A DNA stretch of 64,000 nucleotides from an uncultured delta proteobacterium (GCA_963772835.1 CAVYYZ010000001.1:1-64000); one strand, 5' to 3'. Numbered from the stretch's first letter, positions 1 through 10,536 are shown. Notes: generated by a model not told the origin, from the letters alone. A program made the numbers and translations.

Positions 1-671
1 TCGGGCCTCACGGGTGCGAGCGACGAAGTCCACCTCCCCACCCGGCACTCCGCCGGCTACCGTTTTCCGCTTCAGCACCACGTCCAGCAATCGTCGGTCT
101 TCCACGTCCCGCACGAACAGCACATACTGGGCTTTGGCATCGCGAACTTGATCATCCGGTTGTTTTTCAGGGCCAGACAGATGGCCTCCTCCGGGTCGTT
201 GATCAGAATTTCTTTACTCTGTCGAAAGGCGTGGGGAGTGAAGTTGAATTGAAGGGAGGCTGTGACGGCGGCGGCCACCAACCCGAGGGCGAACGCCGGT
301 CGAAGCGCCGAGTACAGGTCTACCCCGGCGGCCTTCAGGGCGACCGCCTCGTTGTCGTGCGACAACCGACCGTAGACCACGCACGAGGCGAACAGGCACG
401 ACGGCGGAATGATGTACGGTAACAGGGTGGTGGTCAGGAGCGGCAGAATTTTCAGCACCTGACTGATGGACAGCCCGAACTGCAATTGCTGGAGCACGGC
501 CAACAGCGTGAACACCCCACTCAGCCCGATCAGGCAGAGCAGGAACACCCGCATCAGTTCCCAGAACAGCATCCGCTGGATGGTAGTTGCCGTCGCCGGA
601 CCGGCAGGGTTTCCCCGCCGGTCAATTCTTCTGTGGCCGGTGTGATCCGACTTCTTTTCCGGCATTTTCAC
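1..671 (-). CDS. LptF/LptG (YjgP/YjgQ) family LPS export permease, 3'-partial, frameshift near 130; start uncertain
   Basis: TIQRMLFWEL...YGRLSHDNEAVALKAAGV is the family signature; the alternative frame continues YVLFVRDVEDRRLLDVVLKRK to the window edge. Confidence 0.8.
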
Positions 672-866
672 TCAAGTTCGCTCCCGGCCCTTCGGTCCCA
701 TCCCCGCGAACGTCGATGAACGCGATACTTCGGACCCGGTCGCGTTTCGCCCCTTCTCCGGCGACGGCCGAGGAAATCGTCCGAAGCGAACCGGCCGGCC
801 TTGCGACCCGTCGCGAGAGTCGGCCACGGACGTTTCCCCGATCCCCGTACCTCTGGAGGTTTTTCC

Positions 867-1491
867 GTGACTGCCGCTCTGATCCTGATGACGTCGGCCT
901 GTGTGGCCGGCAGCGACTGCGGGGGCTGCGCCGCCCCCGCCCCGGTCGCCTGTTGCGACCCTTGCGCTAAGGTCGGCCTGCTCGACAAGCTCAAGGCCCG
1001 CCTCGCGATGAGGGGCAAGAAGAGCGATTGCTGTGACCCGTGCGCCGCGCCGGCCCCGGCCTGTGCCCCGGCCTGTGCCCCGGCCTGTGCCCCGGCCTGT
1101 GCCCCGGCCTGTGCCCCGGCCTGTGCCCCGGCCTGTGCCCCGGCCCCGAGCTGCGCCCGCCTGTGGCAAGCCGTTGTTCGACGGCTCGTTCCTCGCGAAG
1201 TTCAAGAAGAACGACTGCGGCTGCGACCCGTGCGCCAAGCCGAAGTTACTCGACCGTCTGAAGGCCAAGTTCGCGAAGCCGTCGTGCGGCTGCGATACGG
1301 GCTGTTCGACGGGTTGCCAAACCGGTTGTGACAGTGGTTGCGGCGCCGTCCCGATGGCGGCCCCCGCCGCCCCGATGACCGCACCGGCGACCCCGGCCCC
1401 GGCCGCCCCGAAGGCGATGCCGGCCCCGGGTAAGACGACGTCGCACGTCGTTCCCGGGGCGATCCGCCCCGTCGGCGGAAACGCGTTTTAA
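867..1491 (+). CDS. Secreted Cys/Pro/Ala-rich protein with (ACAP)7 repeat, one frameshift near 1155
   Basis: GGAGG at ~855 before GTG 867; hydrophobic N-terminus VTAALILMTSACVAG; ORFs 801-1331 and 1033-1491 join into one protein with repeated CDPCAK-LLD(K/R)LKA modules. Confidence 0.7.
1059..1142 (+). repeat. 7 perfect tandem copies of the 12-bp unit GCCTGTGCCCCG (encodes ACAP)
   Basis: Read directly from the sequence. Confidence 0.95.
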
Positions 1492-1515
1492 GGGGATCGA
1501 CTTTCGATCGACTCG

Positions 1516-1542
1516 CCGGGCCGGGGAATTTCCCCGGCCCGG
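1516..1542 (+). terminator. GC-rich hairpin, probable terminator of the Cys-rich protein gene
   Basis: CCGGGCCGGGGAA-T-TTCCCCGGCCCGG inverted repeat 25 bp after the stop. Confidence 0.6.
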
Positions 1543-1634
1543 TTCGTCTGTCCTCGCCGTTTGGCCACACCTTGACGCCCCACGTAGGATGACACCCACG
1601 CCGGAAGACCGCAATTCGGATTGAGGAGACGCCC

Positions 1635-2199
1635 ATGACAAACGGGGCGGACGGACCGGAATTGGCCTTCAAGATCGGGAAATTGGTCGAGGAAAAAGGC
1701 TGGAATCAGGAAGACTTCGCCCGCATCGCGAATCTCAACCGCCATACCGTCCGACAAATCCTGAACGGCGGCCCGAAGCGTCGTCTCCGGAATGCCACTG
1801 TCAGTCAGTGTTCCGAAGCCTTCGGGCTGACGGTCAGTGAACTCCGTACGTTGCCCCTTGATCGCCTGCTCGCCCGGGTCCACGGCAAACGGGCGGCGGA
1901 CGAGCAATCCCTCAAACAGCTCTACGATCAGGCCGCGCTTCCCGATTCGAGCCAGTGGCTCGACCGGAATAAGGAACCGCGCCGCCGACTTCCGCAACGA
2001 CGAAATCTGCGAACTCCTGGCCCTGCAGGAACCCGGCGGCCCGCTCGAGCGCCTCGGCATCGAACAATTCGTGGAGCGGATGGAACGCCGTCGGGCCGTG
2101 CTCGATCAGGTCCGGCTCATCGCCGGAACGGAATTTTTCGAGTGCGTCGAGACCATGATCGGTCTGATCGCGGAAAAGGTGGCGAAGGCCAAGAAGTAG
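1635..2199 (+). CDS. XRE-family helix-turn-helix protein, frameshift near 1975
   Basis: KGWNQEDFARIANLNRHTVRQILNG HTH; C-terminus in ORF 1837-2199; GAGGAG RBS. Confidence 0.7.
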
Positions 2200-2260
2200 C
2201 CCTTCGATTCACGACCGGGATTGCGGAGGTTTAGGCTCTCCCGTCCATGTCCGGCCGTCC

Positions 2261-3330
2261 TCACACGATCCCGTGATGGCCCAAATACCGCTCCGCGTCC
2301 AACGCGGCCATGCACCCGGTGCCGGCGGCACTGATCGCCTGACGGTAGTAATCGTCGGCGACGTCTCCGGCCGCGAATACGCCTTCGACGCTCGTGTACG
2401 TCCGGGCCGTCGTCGTCCACTGGATATACCCGGCCTCGTTCGTCGTGACTTGCCCGTTCAGGAAGGCCGTATTGGGCGTGTGGCCGATGGCGCAGAACAT
2501 GCCCGAGGCCGCGAGGGTTTCGACGGCATTCGTTTTCAGGTTCTTCACGCGGACTCCCGTCACCCCGGCCTTGTCTTCGCCGAGGACTTCGTCCACGACC
2601 GTGTCCCAGTGGATTTTGATCTTCGGATTCGACTTCGCCCGCTCGGCCATGATCTTGCTCGCCCGCATCACGTCCCGCCGGACGATCATGTGGACGACGC
2701 TCCCGAATTTGGTGAGGTACCCCGCCTCTTCGCAGGCCGAGTCCCCGCGCCGATCACGACGATGGGCTTGTTCCGAAACCGCGGCAAGGCCCCGTCGCAC
2801 ACGGCACAGGCCGAGACGCCGCGATTCTTGAAACGGTCCTCACTCGGCAGGCCGAGGTAATTCGCCCGGGCCCCGGTGGCGACGATGATCGTGTGCGATT
2901 CCGTGACCAGTCCGTCGTGGGTCGTGATCGCGAACGGCTTCTTCGACAGGTCCACGGACAGGACGTCTTTCGATTCGACCCGCGTACCGAAATTCTTAGC
3001 CTGTTGCCGCATGAGGGCGACGAGTTCGGGTCCGTTGATGCCGTGCGTCGGCTGCTCGCCGTTTTCGCTCACCCAGTACGGGAAGTCCGGGTCGTCGGCT
3101 TGGAGGGCCGTCTTTAAGTACGCCCGCGTATCCCCGGCGGGCCAACTCGGGAAGTTTTCGACTTCGGTCGTCAGGGCGAGTTGGCCCAGGGGAATCGTCC
3201 CGTTCTGACGATTGACGTCGTTCGTCGGGTCGCCCTGGATCACGAGAGGGTTCAGATTCGCCCGGGCCGCGTAAATGGCCGCGGTCCACCCGGCCGGGCC
3301 GGATCCGATGATCACAACGTTTTCGGGCAT
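2261..3330 (-). CDS. trxB: Thioredoxin-disulfide reductase, frameshift near 2745
   Basis: [22 protein letters not shown] redox motif, GVFAAGDV...[19 protein letters not shown]. Confidence 0.93.
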
Positions 3331-3436
3331 GTCCGGACTCGTACTCGTGCCAGGTTAAAGGGGAAGGGCCCGAACTTCGCATCGGGCGTCCCGTCCGTTA
3401 TACTGGTACAGTAGGGGACTGTTTCAGGAGGTGGCC

Positions 3437-3646
3437 ATGACACGGACCGGGACGATTAAAAACGGCGTCGTTGTTCTCGACGACCCGTCTGAGTTTCCGG
3501 ACGGGACCAAATTCGAAATCAAAGTCGCCAGCGAACCGAACTCTCTGGCTAAGGCGTTGTTGGCGCTGGCGGGTTCCTGCGACGGCCTTCCCGAAGACCT
3601 TGCGGCCCAACATGATCATTATTTGCACGGAACGCCGAAACGATGA
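3437..3646 (+). CDS. Small putative antitoxin (VapB-like partner of the downstream PIN toxin)
   Basis: GTIKNGVVVLDDP..PDGT N-terminus and LPEDLAAQHDHYLHG C-terminus; ATGA overlap with the PIN gene; AGGAGG RBS. Confidence 0.7.
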   Translation: MTRTGTIKNGVVVLDDPSEFPDGTKFEIKVASEPNSLAKALLALAGSCDGLPEDLAAQHDHYLHGTPKR

Positions 3647-4044
3647 AACCCAACTACGCCGATTCGTTCTACTTTCTCGCACTTCTCAATCCCCGCGATC
3701 AATTTCATCATCGTGTGACGTCATACGTTTACTCATCGAACGTGGCCATTTACACGACCGCATGGGTCCTCGTCGAAGTGGCCGACGCGTGTTCGAAGGC
3801 CGTACATCGATCCCGCTTTGGTCAGTTGATGGGTGCCCTCACCACAAATCCTCTGGCCCATCTCGCCGTGTGTCAACAGTTAGATTTGGACGCCGGAATC
3901 AATCTCTCTCTCACTCGTCCCGACAAAGAGTGGTCCCTGACCGATTGCATCTCCTTCGAAGTCATGAGGCGGGAAGGCCTCACGCACGCCCTCACCGGCG
4001 ACCACCACTTCCGCCAGGCCGGGTTCACGATCGAATTTCCATAA
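3643..4044 (+). CDS. vapC: PIN-domain (VapC-type) toxin
   Basis: YADSFYFLAL, VLVEVAD, DKEWSLTDCISF, ALTGDHHFRQAGF acidic PIN motifs. Confidence 0.88.
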   Translation: MKPNYADSFYFLALLNPRDQFHHRVTSYVYSSNVAIYTTAWVLVEVADACSKAVHRSRFGQLMGALTTNPLAHLAVCQQLDLDAGINLSLTRPDKEWSLTDCISFEVMRREGLTHALTGDHHFRQAGFTIEFP

Positions 4045-4055
4045 AACCGAAACCC

Positions 4056-5345
4056 ATGCTCCGACTTACCGACCTTCGCGAAATCCTGCGTTACGTCCCG
4101 CGGTTCCGGGACAAGGTTTTCGTCATCGCCATCGACGGGGCCGTCGTCGAAGACGAGAACTTCCAGAACCTGCTGCTCGACATCGCGCTGTTGCGGAATC
4201 TGAACGTTCGCGTGGCTCTCGTTCACGGGGCCGCCAAGCAGATTCAGGATTACGCGGCCCGGCTCGGCGTCCAGCCCTCCGACATCGACGGGACCGGCGT
4301 GACCGACGCCTCGACGCTACAAATCGCGATCACCGCCGCGAACCGCGTCACGCACGAAATCCTCGAAGGCCTGACGGCCAACGACCTGCGCGGGGCCTGC
4401 CCGAACGCCGTCGTCGCGCACCCGGCCGGGATTCTTAGCGGGGTCGATAAGCAATTCACGGGTCGGATCGAGCGGGTGGACGGCGAACTACTGGACGCGT
4501 TCCTCGCCAAAGACATCATCCCCGTCGTCCCCCCCATTGGCATCGACGGCGTCGGCCGGTCGTACCGCCTGAATTCGGACGCCGTCGCGGTCGAACTCGC
4601 CAAAACGCTCCGGGCCGTGAAACTCATCTATCTGACCACCGAGAGCGGCGTGAGAGGGCCGAAGGGCGTCATCCGTCAGTTAACGGTGGAAGAAGCCGAG
4701 GCCCATCTGAAACGGAAACCCAAAGACCTCTCGGCCGAGATGGCGACCAAGCTCGCGCACGCCGTCCGCGCCGGCAAGGAAGGGATCGAACGGGTCCACA
4801 TCATCGACGGCCGCGAGCAGGAGGGGCTGCTCGGCGAAGTGTTTTCGAACGAAGGGATCGGTACGCTCGTTTACACGAACGAGTACCAGGCGATCCGCCC
4901 GGCCCAGAAGAAGGACGTCCGGGCGATTTACGGCCTCATCCAGCAAGGCATCGCCACGGACGAACTCGCGAAACGAACCCGGGCCGACATCGAACGACAG
5001 ATCGGCGACTTTTACGTGTTCGAGATCGATCGGAACCCCGTCGCGTGCGTGTCGCTCTTGCCGTATCCCGAACACAAGAAGGCCGAACTCGCGTGCCTGT
5101 TCGTGGACGAGCGGTACGCGAACCGCGGAATCGGGGCCAAACTGATCTCGTACACCGAAGCCCGGGCGAAAGACAAAGGCTTCGGGCAGTTGCTCTGTCT
5201 CTCGACCCAGGCCGTGAACTATTTCACTCTCCGCGGCGGTTTCGGACTCGGCACGCCCGGCGACTTGCCCCCGGCCCGTCGCGAGGCGTACGACCGGAAC
5301 GGCCGAAAATCACAAGTCTTGATTAAATCCTTGAGCAATTTGTGA
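4056..5345 (+). CDS. argA: Amino-acid N-acetyltransferase (AAK + GNAT domains)
   Basis: LREILRYVPRFRDKVFVIAIDG, RVHIIDGR..GLLGEVFSNEGIGT, AELACLFV, YDRNGRKSQV. Confidence 0.9.
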   Translation: MLRLTDLREILRYVPRFRDKVFVIAIDGAVVEDENFQNLLLDIALLRNLNVRVALVHGAAKQIQDYAARLGVQPSDIDGTGVTDASTLQIAITAANRVTHEILEGLTANDLRGACPNAVVAHPAGILSGVDKQFTGRIERVDGELLDAFLAKDIIPVVPPIGIDGVGRSYRLNSDAVAVELAKTLRAVKLIYLTTESGVRGPKGVIRQLTVEEAEAHLKRKPKDLSAEMATKLAHAVRAGKEGIERVHIIDGREQEGLLGEVFSNEGIGTLVYTNEYQAIRPAQKKDVRAIYGLIQQGIATDELAKRTRADIERQIGDFYVFEIDRNPVACVSLLPYPEHKKAELACLFVDERYANRGIGAKLISYTEARAKDKGFGQLLCLSTQAVNYFTLRGGFGLGTPGDLPPARREAYDRNGRKSQVLIKSLSNL

Positions 5346-5491
5346 CGCGAGCGGCGGACCCGTCGGGTCGTGCGGGTCCGTCCCATTCCGCCGCGGCGGT
5401 CGTTCGAATGTGATCCGTTTTCCATCGCCTTCGATTCGCCGGTGGGGTCGCCGGGGCCGATGGCTCCCGGGACAACGTCCGGGAGAATGAC

Positions 5492-5811
5492 ATGGCTACG
5501 TATCTCATCCTGCCTCCGCGGGAATTGCTCGAGCACGCCGTGAACGAGTTCGTTTCGGCCCATTTCCCGGGCTACGCGACGCCGCCGGGCCTCTGGGAAC
5601 GGATCGTCCGCGACGTAACGGGGGGCGCTGGGACACGTTCGTGCTGCACCGCGAAGACCTCGCCGGGGACGGAGTGGCCGCGTCGCTGGCCGACGGGTTC
5701 GGGGCCGAACCGGGCGATTCGGTCCGCGAAATCGACGTGCCGCGCAAGTCGGGCGAGGGCCGGACGCGGTCGTGGCGGCTCCCCGCCGTTCCCGCCGGGG
5801 CCGCGGCGTGA
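5492..5811 (+). CDS. Hypothetical protein, frameshift near 5630
   Basis: GGAGA RBS; MATYLILPPRELLE continues in another frame as FVLHREDL...GFGAEPGDSVREI to TGA 5809-5811. Confidence 0.5.
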
Positions 5812-5886
5812 TACGATGAGGGGGTGACCGACCGTCGCCGAGTCTACGTGTGTGGGCCCGTCGGGCCGGGCTGACCACTTATCCGA

Positions 5887-6483
5887 ATGACCATGACGAC
5901 CACCCCCGCCGGGGACGATTCCGACTGGAACGACCTGGCCTCCGAACTCGGGCTCGAAACCAAGCCGCTCTCGAAGCCCTACGACCCGGCCCCCGCGGGC
6001 TTCGACGCCCAGCAGACGCCGGGCGAACCGCCGCCGTTCCCGGCCGTACCGTGGCCCGCGGAACCGTCGGAACACAACGATTCGGCAATCACCTTCGACG
6101 ATTCCGAACTGCCGGACGCCGAAGGGCCGGACGACCAGGACACGTTGATCGAACCCCTGCTCGCGAACGAAGAGTTCGCCCCCGAAGAGGGCGAAGGGGC
6201 CGAGGGCGACGGCCCGGCCGGGACGGGCAAGCGTCGTCGTCGTCGTCGCCGTCGTCGCAAGGGGGGGCCGGACAGTGGCGTCGAGGGCGGCGTCGAAGGC
6301 GAGGCCGGGGCCGAAACGGCCGAGTTGAACGAAGTCGATCCCGAAGCCGAAGTCGAACCGCACGTGCCCGTGGAAACGCGGACCACGGCCGACGCGATCC
6401 GCGAACTCGTCCGCAATTGGACCGTGCCGAACTGGAATGAAGTCGTCGCGGGCTTGTACCGCCCCGGCGGCGACCGGGCGTAA
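5887..6483 (+). CDS. Acidic low-complexity hypothetical protein with a poly-Arg block
   Basis: D/E/P-rich ORF with KRRRRRRRRRK and ordered-looking termini SDWNDLASELG / VPNWNEVVAGLYRP. Confidence 0.7.
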   Translation: MTMTTTPAGDDSDWNDLASELGLETKPLSKPYDPAPAGFDAQQTPGEPPPFPAVPWPAEPSEHNDSAITFDDSELPDAEGPDDQDTLIEPLLANEEFAPEEGEGAEGDGPAGTGKRRRRRRRRRKGGPDSGVEGGVEGEAGAETAELNEVDPEAEVEPHVPVETRTTADAIRELVRNWTVPNWNEVVAGLYRPGGDRA

Positions 6484-6562
6484 CCGGTCGGGTCCGCGTC
6501 GCGGGCGACTGACGAGTGTCCGTCCGCATTGCGGACCCTACGGATGGTTGAGGGAGCGAGTC

Positions 6563-7012
6563 GTGGACGATGTGACGATTGTCGAAGTCGGCCCCGAGGA
6601 AATGCCCGTCCTCGTCGGCCTGTTCAATCAGATCTTCCGCCCCCGGCGCACGCTCGAGGCGATCGAGCGTCGCCTCGTGGGCCGGCAGTGCGTGCTGCGC
6701 TTGCTCGCGAAAGACGGCGAAACGCCCGTCGGCTTCTTTCTCGGCCTCGAACACAAGCCGGACACGTTTTTCGCGTGGTTCTATGGCGTCGTGCCGGATT
6801 GCCGCCGTTCGGGTCTCGGATCGCGCCTCATGGACGCCGCCGACGCCTGGGCCAAGGAGAAGGGGTATCAGACGATTCGCATCGAATGCTACAACACGCA
6901 ACGGCCGATGCTGCACCTCGCCATCGAACTGGGTTACGACATCGTCGGCATCCGCTGGGACCCGTCGCGGACGGCGAATCTCGTCATCTTCGAGAAGAAA
7001 CTGAACGGGTAA
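6563..7012 (+). CDS. GNAT family acetyltransferase
   Basis: YGVVPDCRRSGLGSRLM acetyl-CoA-binding motif; GTG start after GAGGGAG. Confidence 0.85.
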   Translation: MDDVTIVEVGPEEMPVLVGLFNQIFRPRRTLEAIERRLVGRQCVLRLLAKDGETPVGFFLGLEHKPDTFFAWFYGVVPDCRRSGLGSRLMDAADAWAKEKGYQTIRIECYNTQRPMLHLAIELGYDIVGIRWDPSRTANLVIFEKKLNG

Positions 7013-7015
7013 CGA

Positions 7016-8534
7016 TCACTTCGCCCGGTCCCACCTGTCGTCGATGTCGGGAAAGTCGATCCGCTGCCGGTCGGGCGAGACGACGAACCGGCTTTGCCGG
7101 TAGTCGTCGCCGTGAATGTCGCCCGTCCGCGTCGATACGGAGCCCCTCCGGCACGACGACGAACGGCAACGGCCCGGATTCCGAGAAGGCGAGGCCCCGG
7201 CCCGTCGGCGTCGAAACCCACGCCACGGCCCGGCGCTTGGCCGGGTCGCCCTTTTCGAGCCAGACGCCCGCGACGGCTTGGACGACACGTTCCAGTTCGG
7301 CCGCGTGTCGTTCGTAGGCCGGCCCGGCCCCCGGGTCCGCCGGGAACGCCCGGAACGCCGCCACAGCCCGCACGAGCGGCGGCGAATCGCGGACGATTTC
7401 CGTCTTCGTGATGGGATCGTCCGTCCACAGGATCAGGGGCCGGTCCGGATTGATTGGCTTGAACCGGCCCCGCCCGAACACGTCGACGAGGAGTTTCGTC
7501 CGGCCCGTCGCGGGGCAGTGAATGAACCGGTTCACACTCGTCACCGGAACGCCGCCTTCGGGTCGGGCGGTGAGCCGGTACGAACAATCGATGACGACCT
7601 CCGTGACGTCCGTGGAAAGGAGTGTGACCTCGCCGTTCTCTCCGACGAGTTCGCGGAGGGCTTCGATTTGTTGTGGGGCCACGCGTTCGTCGAACGCGGC
7701 CCGGATTCGTTCGGTACGGGTCGGGTCCCGTCGCGTCGCGACGGGATCCGGCCGGGGCTTCGCGGGACTATTCGACGGACCGGTCAACGAGTACCCCGCC
7801 GCGACCGCGAGGCCCGTGCCGCACACGGCCAGGCCGACGGCGAAACGGGGCCCGAACGACGGCGCGGCGGCCGGGGCGAGGGCGGCGAGCCACTCGGCGG
7901 CCGGGGCGGGGGTAGACACGCCCGGCACGGCGAGGGCGGCGACGACCGACGCGGACCCCACGCCGAGCCGCCGACGCATCCGTTCGAGGCCGCGGGCGAC
8001 GTTCGAATCGACCGTGCCCTTGGGCATCTGCAGCGCCTCGGCCGTTTCGGCGTGCGTCATCCCGGCCTGATAGACGAGTTCGAGCGGTTGCCGGTACCGG
8101 TCCGGCAGGTCGAGGAGCACGGCCCACGCCTTGGCGATGTCCTCGGCCCGACTCACCGGTTCGGGCGAGGGTACGTCCGTCGGCATCGGCCGTTCGAGGC
8201 GACGCTTGCGGAGGACGGACCGGCGGATGTTTTTCGACTTGTAGGTCGCCGTTTGAAGCAGCCACGCCACGGCCGAGCGGTAATTCGAGATCCGTTTTCG
8301 TTTGACGGCGAGTTCGTGAAACGCCTCCTGGAACGCTTCTTCCGCGAGGTGGTAATTGCCCGTTATGAATCGACAGCGGGAGAAGACGAGGCCGCCGACG
8401 CGGTCGATGAGTACGCGGACGACGGTCTCGTCGCTCCGGTCGCGGAAGGCGAGCCAGAGGTCGTTGTCGGAAAGCCCCCCGCCCGCGGCAATCGCGTGGC
8501 GGCGGATCCACTGGAGGAGGGGTTGGTCGTCCAT
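7016..8534 (-). CDS. ECF sigma-70 factor with a transmembrane segment and long C-terminal extension, frameshift near the C-terminus
   Basis: HLAEEAFQEAF (region 2), LPDRYRQPLEL..GMTHAETAEALQMPKGTVDSNVARGLERMRRRL (region 4); TM FAVGLAVCGTGLAVAAGYSL. Confidence 0.85.
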
Positions 8535-8639
8535 GGCATGTACCGTGCGTTACAACAGTAATGGCCGGGCCACGAAATTGATTGCAGGAAATGAACGGAT
8601 TTCGGGTAAAACGGGAAACCGAAAGGACGGGGCGACGGC

Positions 8640-9098
8640 ATGGCGTATTGGGTCCACGGCCGGGACGCGACGACCGGCGAGCCCGGGTCGATGCTTTCGT
8701 CCGCGAATTCTCCGGACGGGGCCCGCGAACAGGCGGCCCGGCAGGGGTTGATCGCGGAGACGATTCAACTCGAAATGCGTCCCGTGGCCGACCGCGTTCA
8801 CCTGAACGTACTCGGCCCCCGCTTGCCGCGCTGGTTGCGGTTCAAGATCGTCGGATTTGTCCTGTTCGTGGCCGCACTCTTCGTGGGTTTCCCATTGGCA
8901 AGGCAAGGTGACATCGGGGTGACGTACGGTTACGCGATCGGGGCGATGGGCCAGTTGTTCTTCATGGCCTTCGCCTGTTGGGCGGCCGGGTGCGTCTTCC
9001 AATCGGGAACGTGGAAGAATTTCAAACTCGGCTGCGGGACCGGGATCGTGATGGCGGTGATCGCGTTCGCTTCGATGATCGCCCTGATCCTGAAATAG
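8640..9098 (+). CDS. Hypothetical membrane protein
   Basis: 152-aa ORF with about three hydrophobic segments. Confidence 0.55.
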   Translation: MAYWVHGRDATTGEPGSMLSSANSPDGAREQAARQGLIAETIQLEMRPVADRVHLNVLGPRLPRWLRFKIVGFVLFVAALFVGFPLARQGDIGVTYGYAIGAMGQLFFMAFACWAAGCVFQSGTWKNFKLGCGTGIVMAVIAFASMIALILK

Positions 9099-9102
9099 CC
9101 AA

Positions 9103-9924
9103 TCACCGGTTCGCGAGAAAGTCAGCCAATTCTTTCATCAGCGAATCGTTCAGACAATCGTTGTGGCCCTTGCCGTCCATCCGCAGGAACCGCTTCGGCT
9201 CGTTCGCGGCCGCGAAGAGCGTCTCGCCCTGCCAGAAGGGGATCGTTCGGTCATCGGTCCCATGAGCGACGAAGGCCGGGGCCGTGACGAGACCAATCTT
9301 GGAAATGCTATCGAACCGGTTTCGCATCAACATGCGGGCCGGGAGGAACGGGAACCGCGCCGTGGCCGCGGCGGGGAGGGACGTGTACGTACTGACCAAC
9401 ACCACGGCGCGGACCGGGTATCGCGTGGCCATTTCGACTGCCACGCCGCCGCCGAGCGAGAGGCCCATCGGCACGATTCGCGACGGCGGAATCCCGTGTT
9501 CCCGGCCGAGCCAGTCGATCGCGGCCGTCGCGTTCGCGTAACAGCCGGCTTCCGAGGGCGTTCCTTCGCACTTGCCGTACCCCGGGTAATCGACGAGGAG
9601 CACGCCGGAACCGAGTTTGTCGCGAAGGAGCAGGGCCAACGGGCCGCAACCACACACGTCCCCGCCGTTGCCGTTGAAGAACACGACGACCGGCGAATCG
9701 GGCCGGGGCGGCGGGAGCCATCGGCAGACCATGCCGTTCCCGTCCGCCGAGAGGAGGGTCACGTCGCGAAGCGGCTCCTGCGGGTTCGCCCGCCAGTGCT
9801 GGCCGGCGCCGATGAACACGAGCGTCGTTTCAAAAATCATCGCGGCCACGACGACAACGAGGTACGGGCCGAGGAGGATCGCGGCCCAACGAATCAGGAA
9901 TCGCTTGACGGACGAGCGTTTCAC
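9103..9924 (-). CDS. Alpha/beta hydrolase (ABHD/BEM46-like)
   Basis: FFNGNGG, VDYPGYG, GLSLGGG nucleophile elbow, AHGTDD, GHND; GTG overlaps the trpG stop. Confidence 0.85.
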   Translation of the reverse strand: MKRSSVKRFLIRWAAILLGPYLVVVVAAMIFETTLVFIGAGQHWRANPQEPLRDVTLLSADGNGMVCRWLPPPRPDSPVVVFFNGNGGDVCGCGPLALLLRDKLGSGVLLVDYPGYGKCEGTPSEAGCYANATAAIDWLGREHGIPPSRIVPMGLSLGGGVAVEMATRYPVRAVVLVSTYTSLPAAATARFPFLPARMLMRNRFDSISKIGLVTAPAFVAHGTDDRTIPFWQGETLFAAANEPKRFLRMDGKGHNDCLNDSLMKELADFLANR

Positions 9925-10495
9925 GCCATCGCCAAAAAGTTTTTCAGAAGTCGCGGCCCTTCGACCGTCAGGAAACTTTCCGGGTGGAACTGCACGCCGT
10001 GCAGGGGCCAGGTCTTGTGGCGGACGCCCATGATTTCGCCCTCGGCCGTCCAGGCGGTTACGTCGAAGTCCGGGTTCGTCCACGTTTCCTTTTTGATAAC
10101 GAGCGAGTGGTAACGGGTCGCGTCGAACGGGTTCGACAGGCCGGCGAAGACGCCCTGGCCGTCGTGGTGAATGGGCGAGATCTTGCCGTGCATGATTCGC
10201 ACGTTGCGAACGACTTCGCCGCCAAAAGTATGGCCGATGCACTGGTGGCCGAGGCAGACGCCGAGGATGGGCGTCTTGCTCGCGAACCGCTTCAGGACAT
10301 CGTTCGACACGCCCGCCTCGTTCGGCGTACACGGGCCGGGGGAGATGACGATGTGACTGGGTTTGAGGGCGGCGACCTCGTCCGCCGTGATCTTATCGTT
10401 GCGGACACCCTCATGTCCAAGCCGCGGTCGATCTCGCCGAACCGCTGGACGAGGTTGTAGGTGAAGGAGTCGTAGTTATCGATTAACAGAATCAT
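9921..10495 (-). CDS. trpG: Glutamine amidotransferase, anthranilate/ADC synthase component II, frameshift near 10410
   Basis: [43 protein letters not shown]. Confidence 0.9.
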
Positions 10496-10536
10496 GAGTG
10501 TCCTGAAGCCCCGGCAAGGCCTTGCCGGGGCTTTCG

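Noticed and set aside
1059..1142. CRISPR array
   Set aside because: Spacer-less 12-bp tandem repeat inside a coding sequence; no cas genes or repeat-spacer arrays anywhere in the window
3471..5345. 624-aa ArgA with a long N-terminal extension
   Set aside because: The extension is an alternative frame over the antitoxin/PIN genes; ArgA similarity starts at ATG 4056
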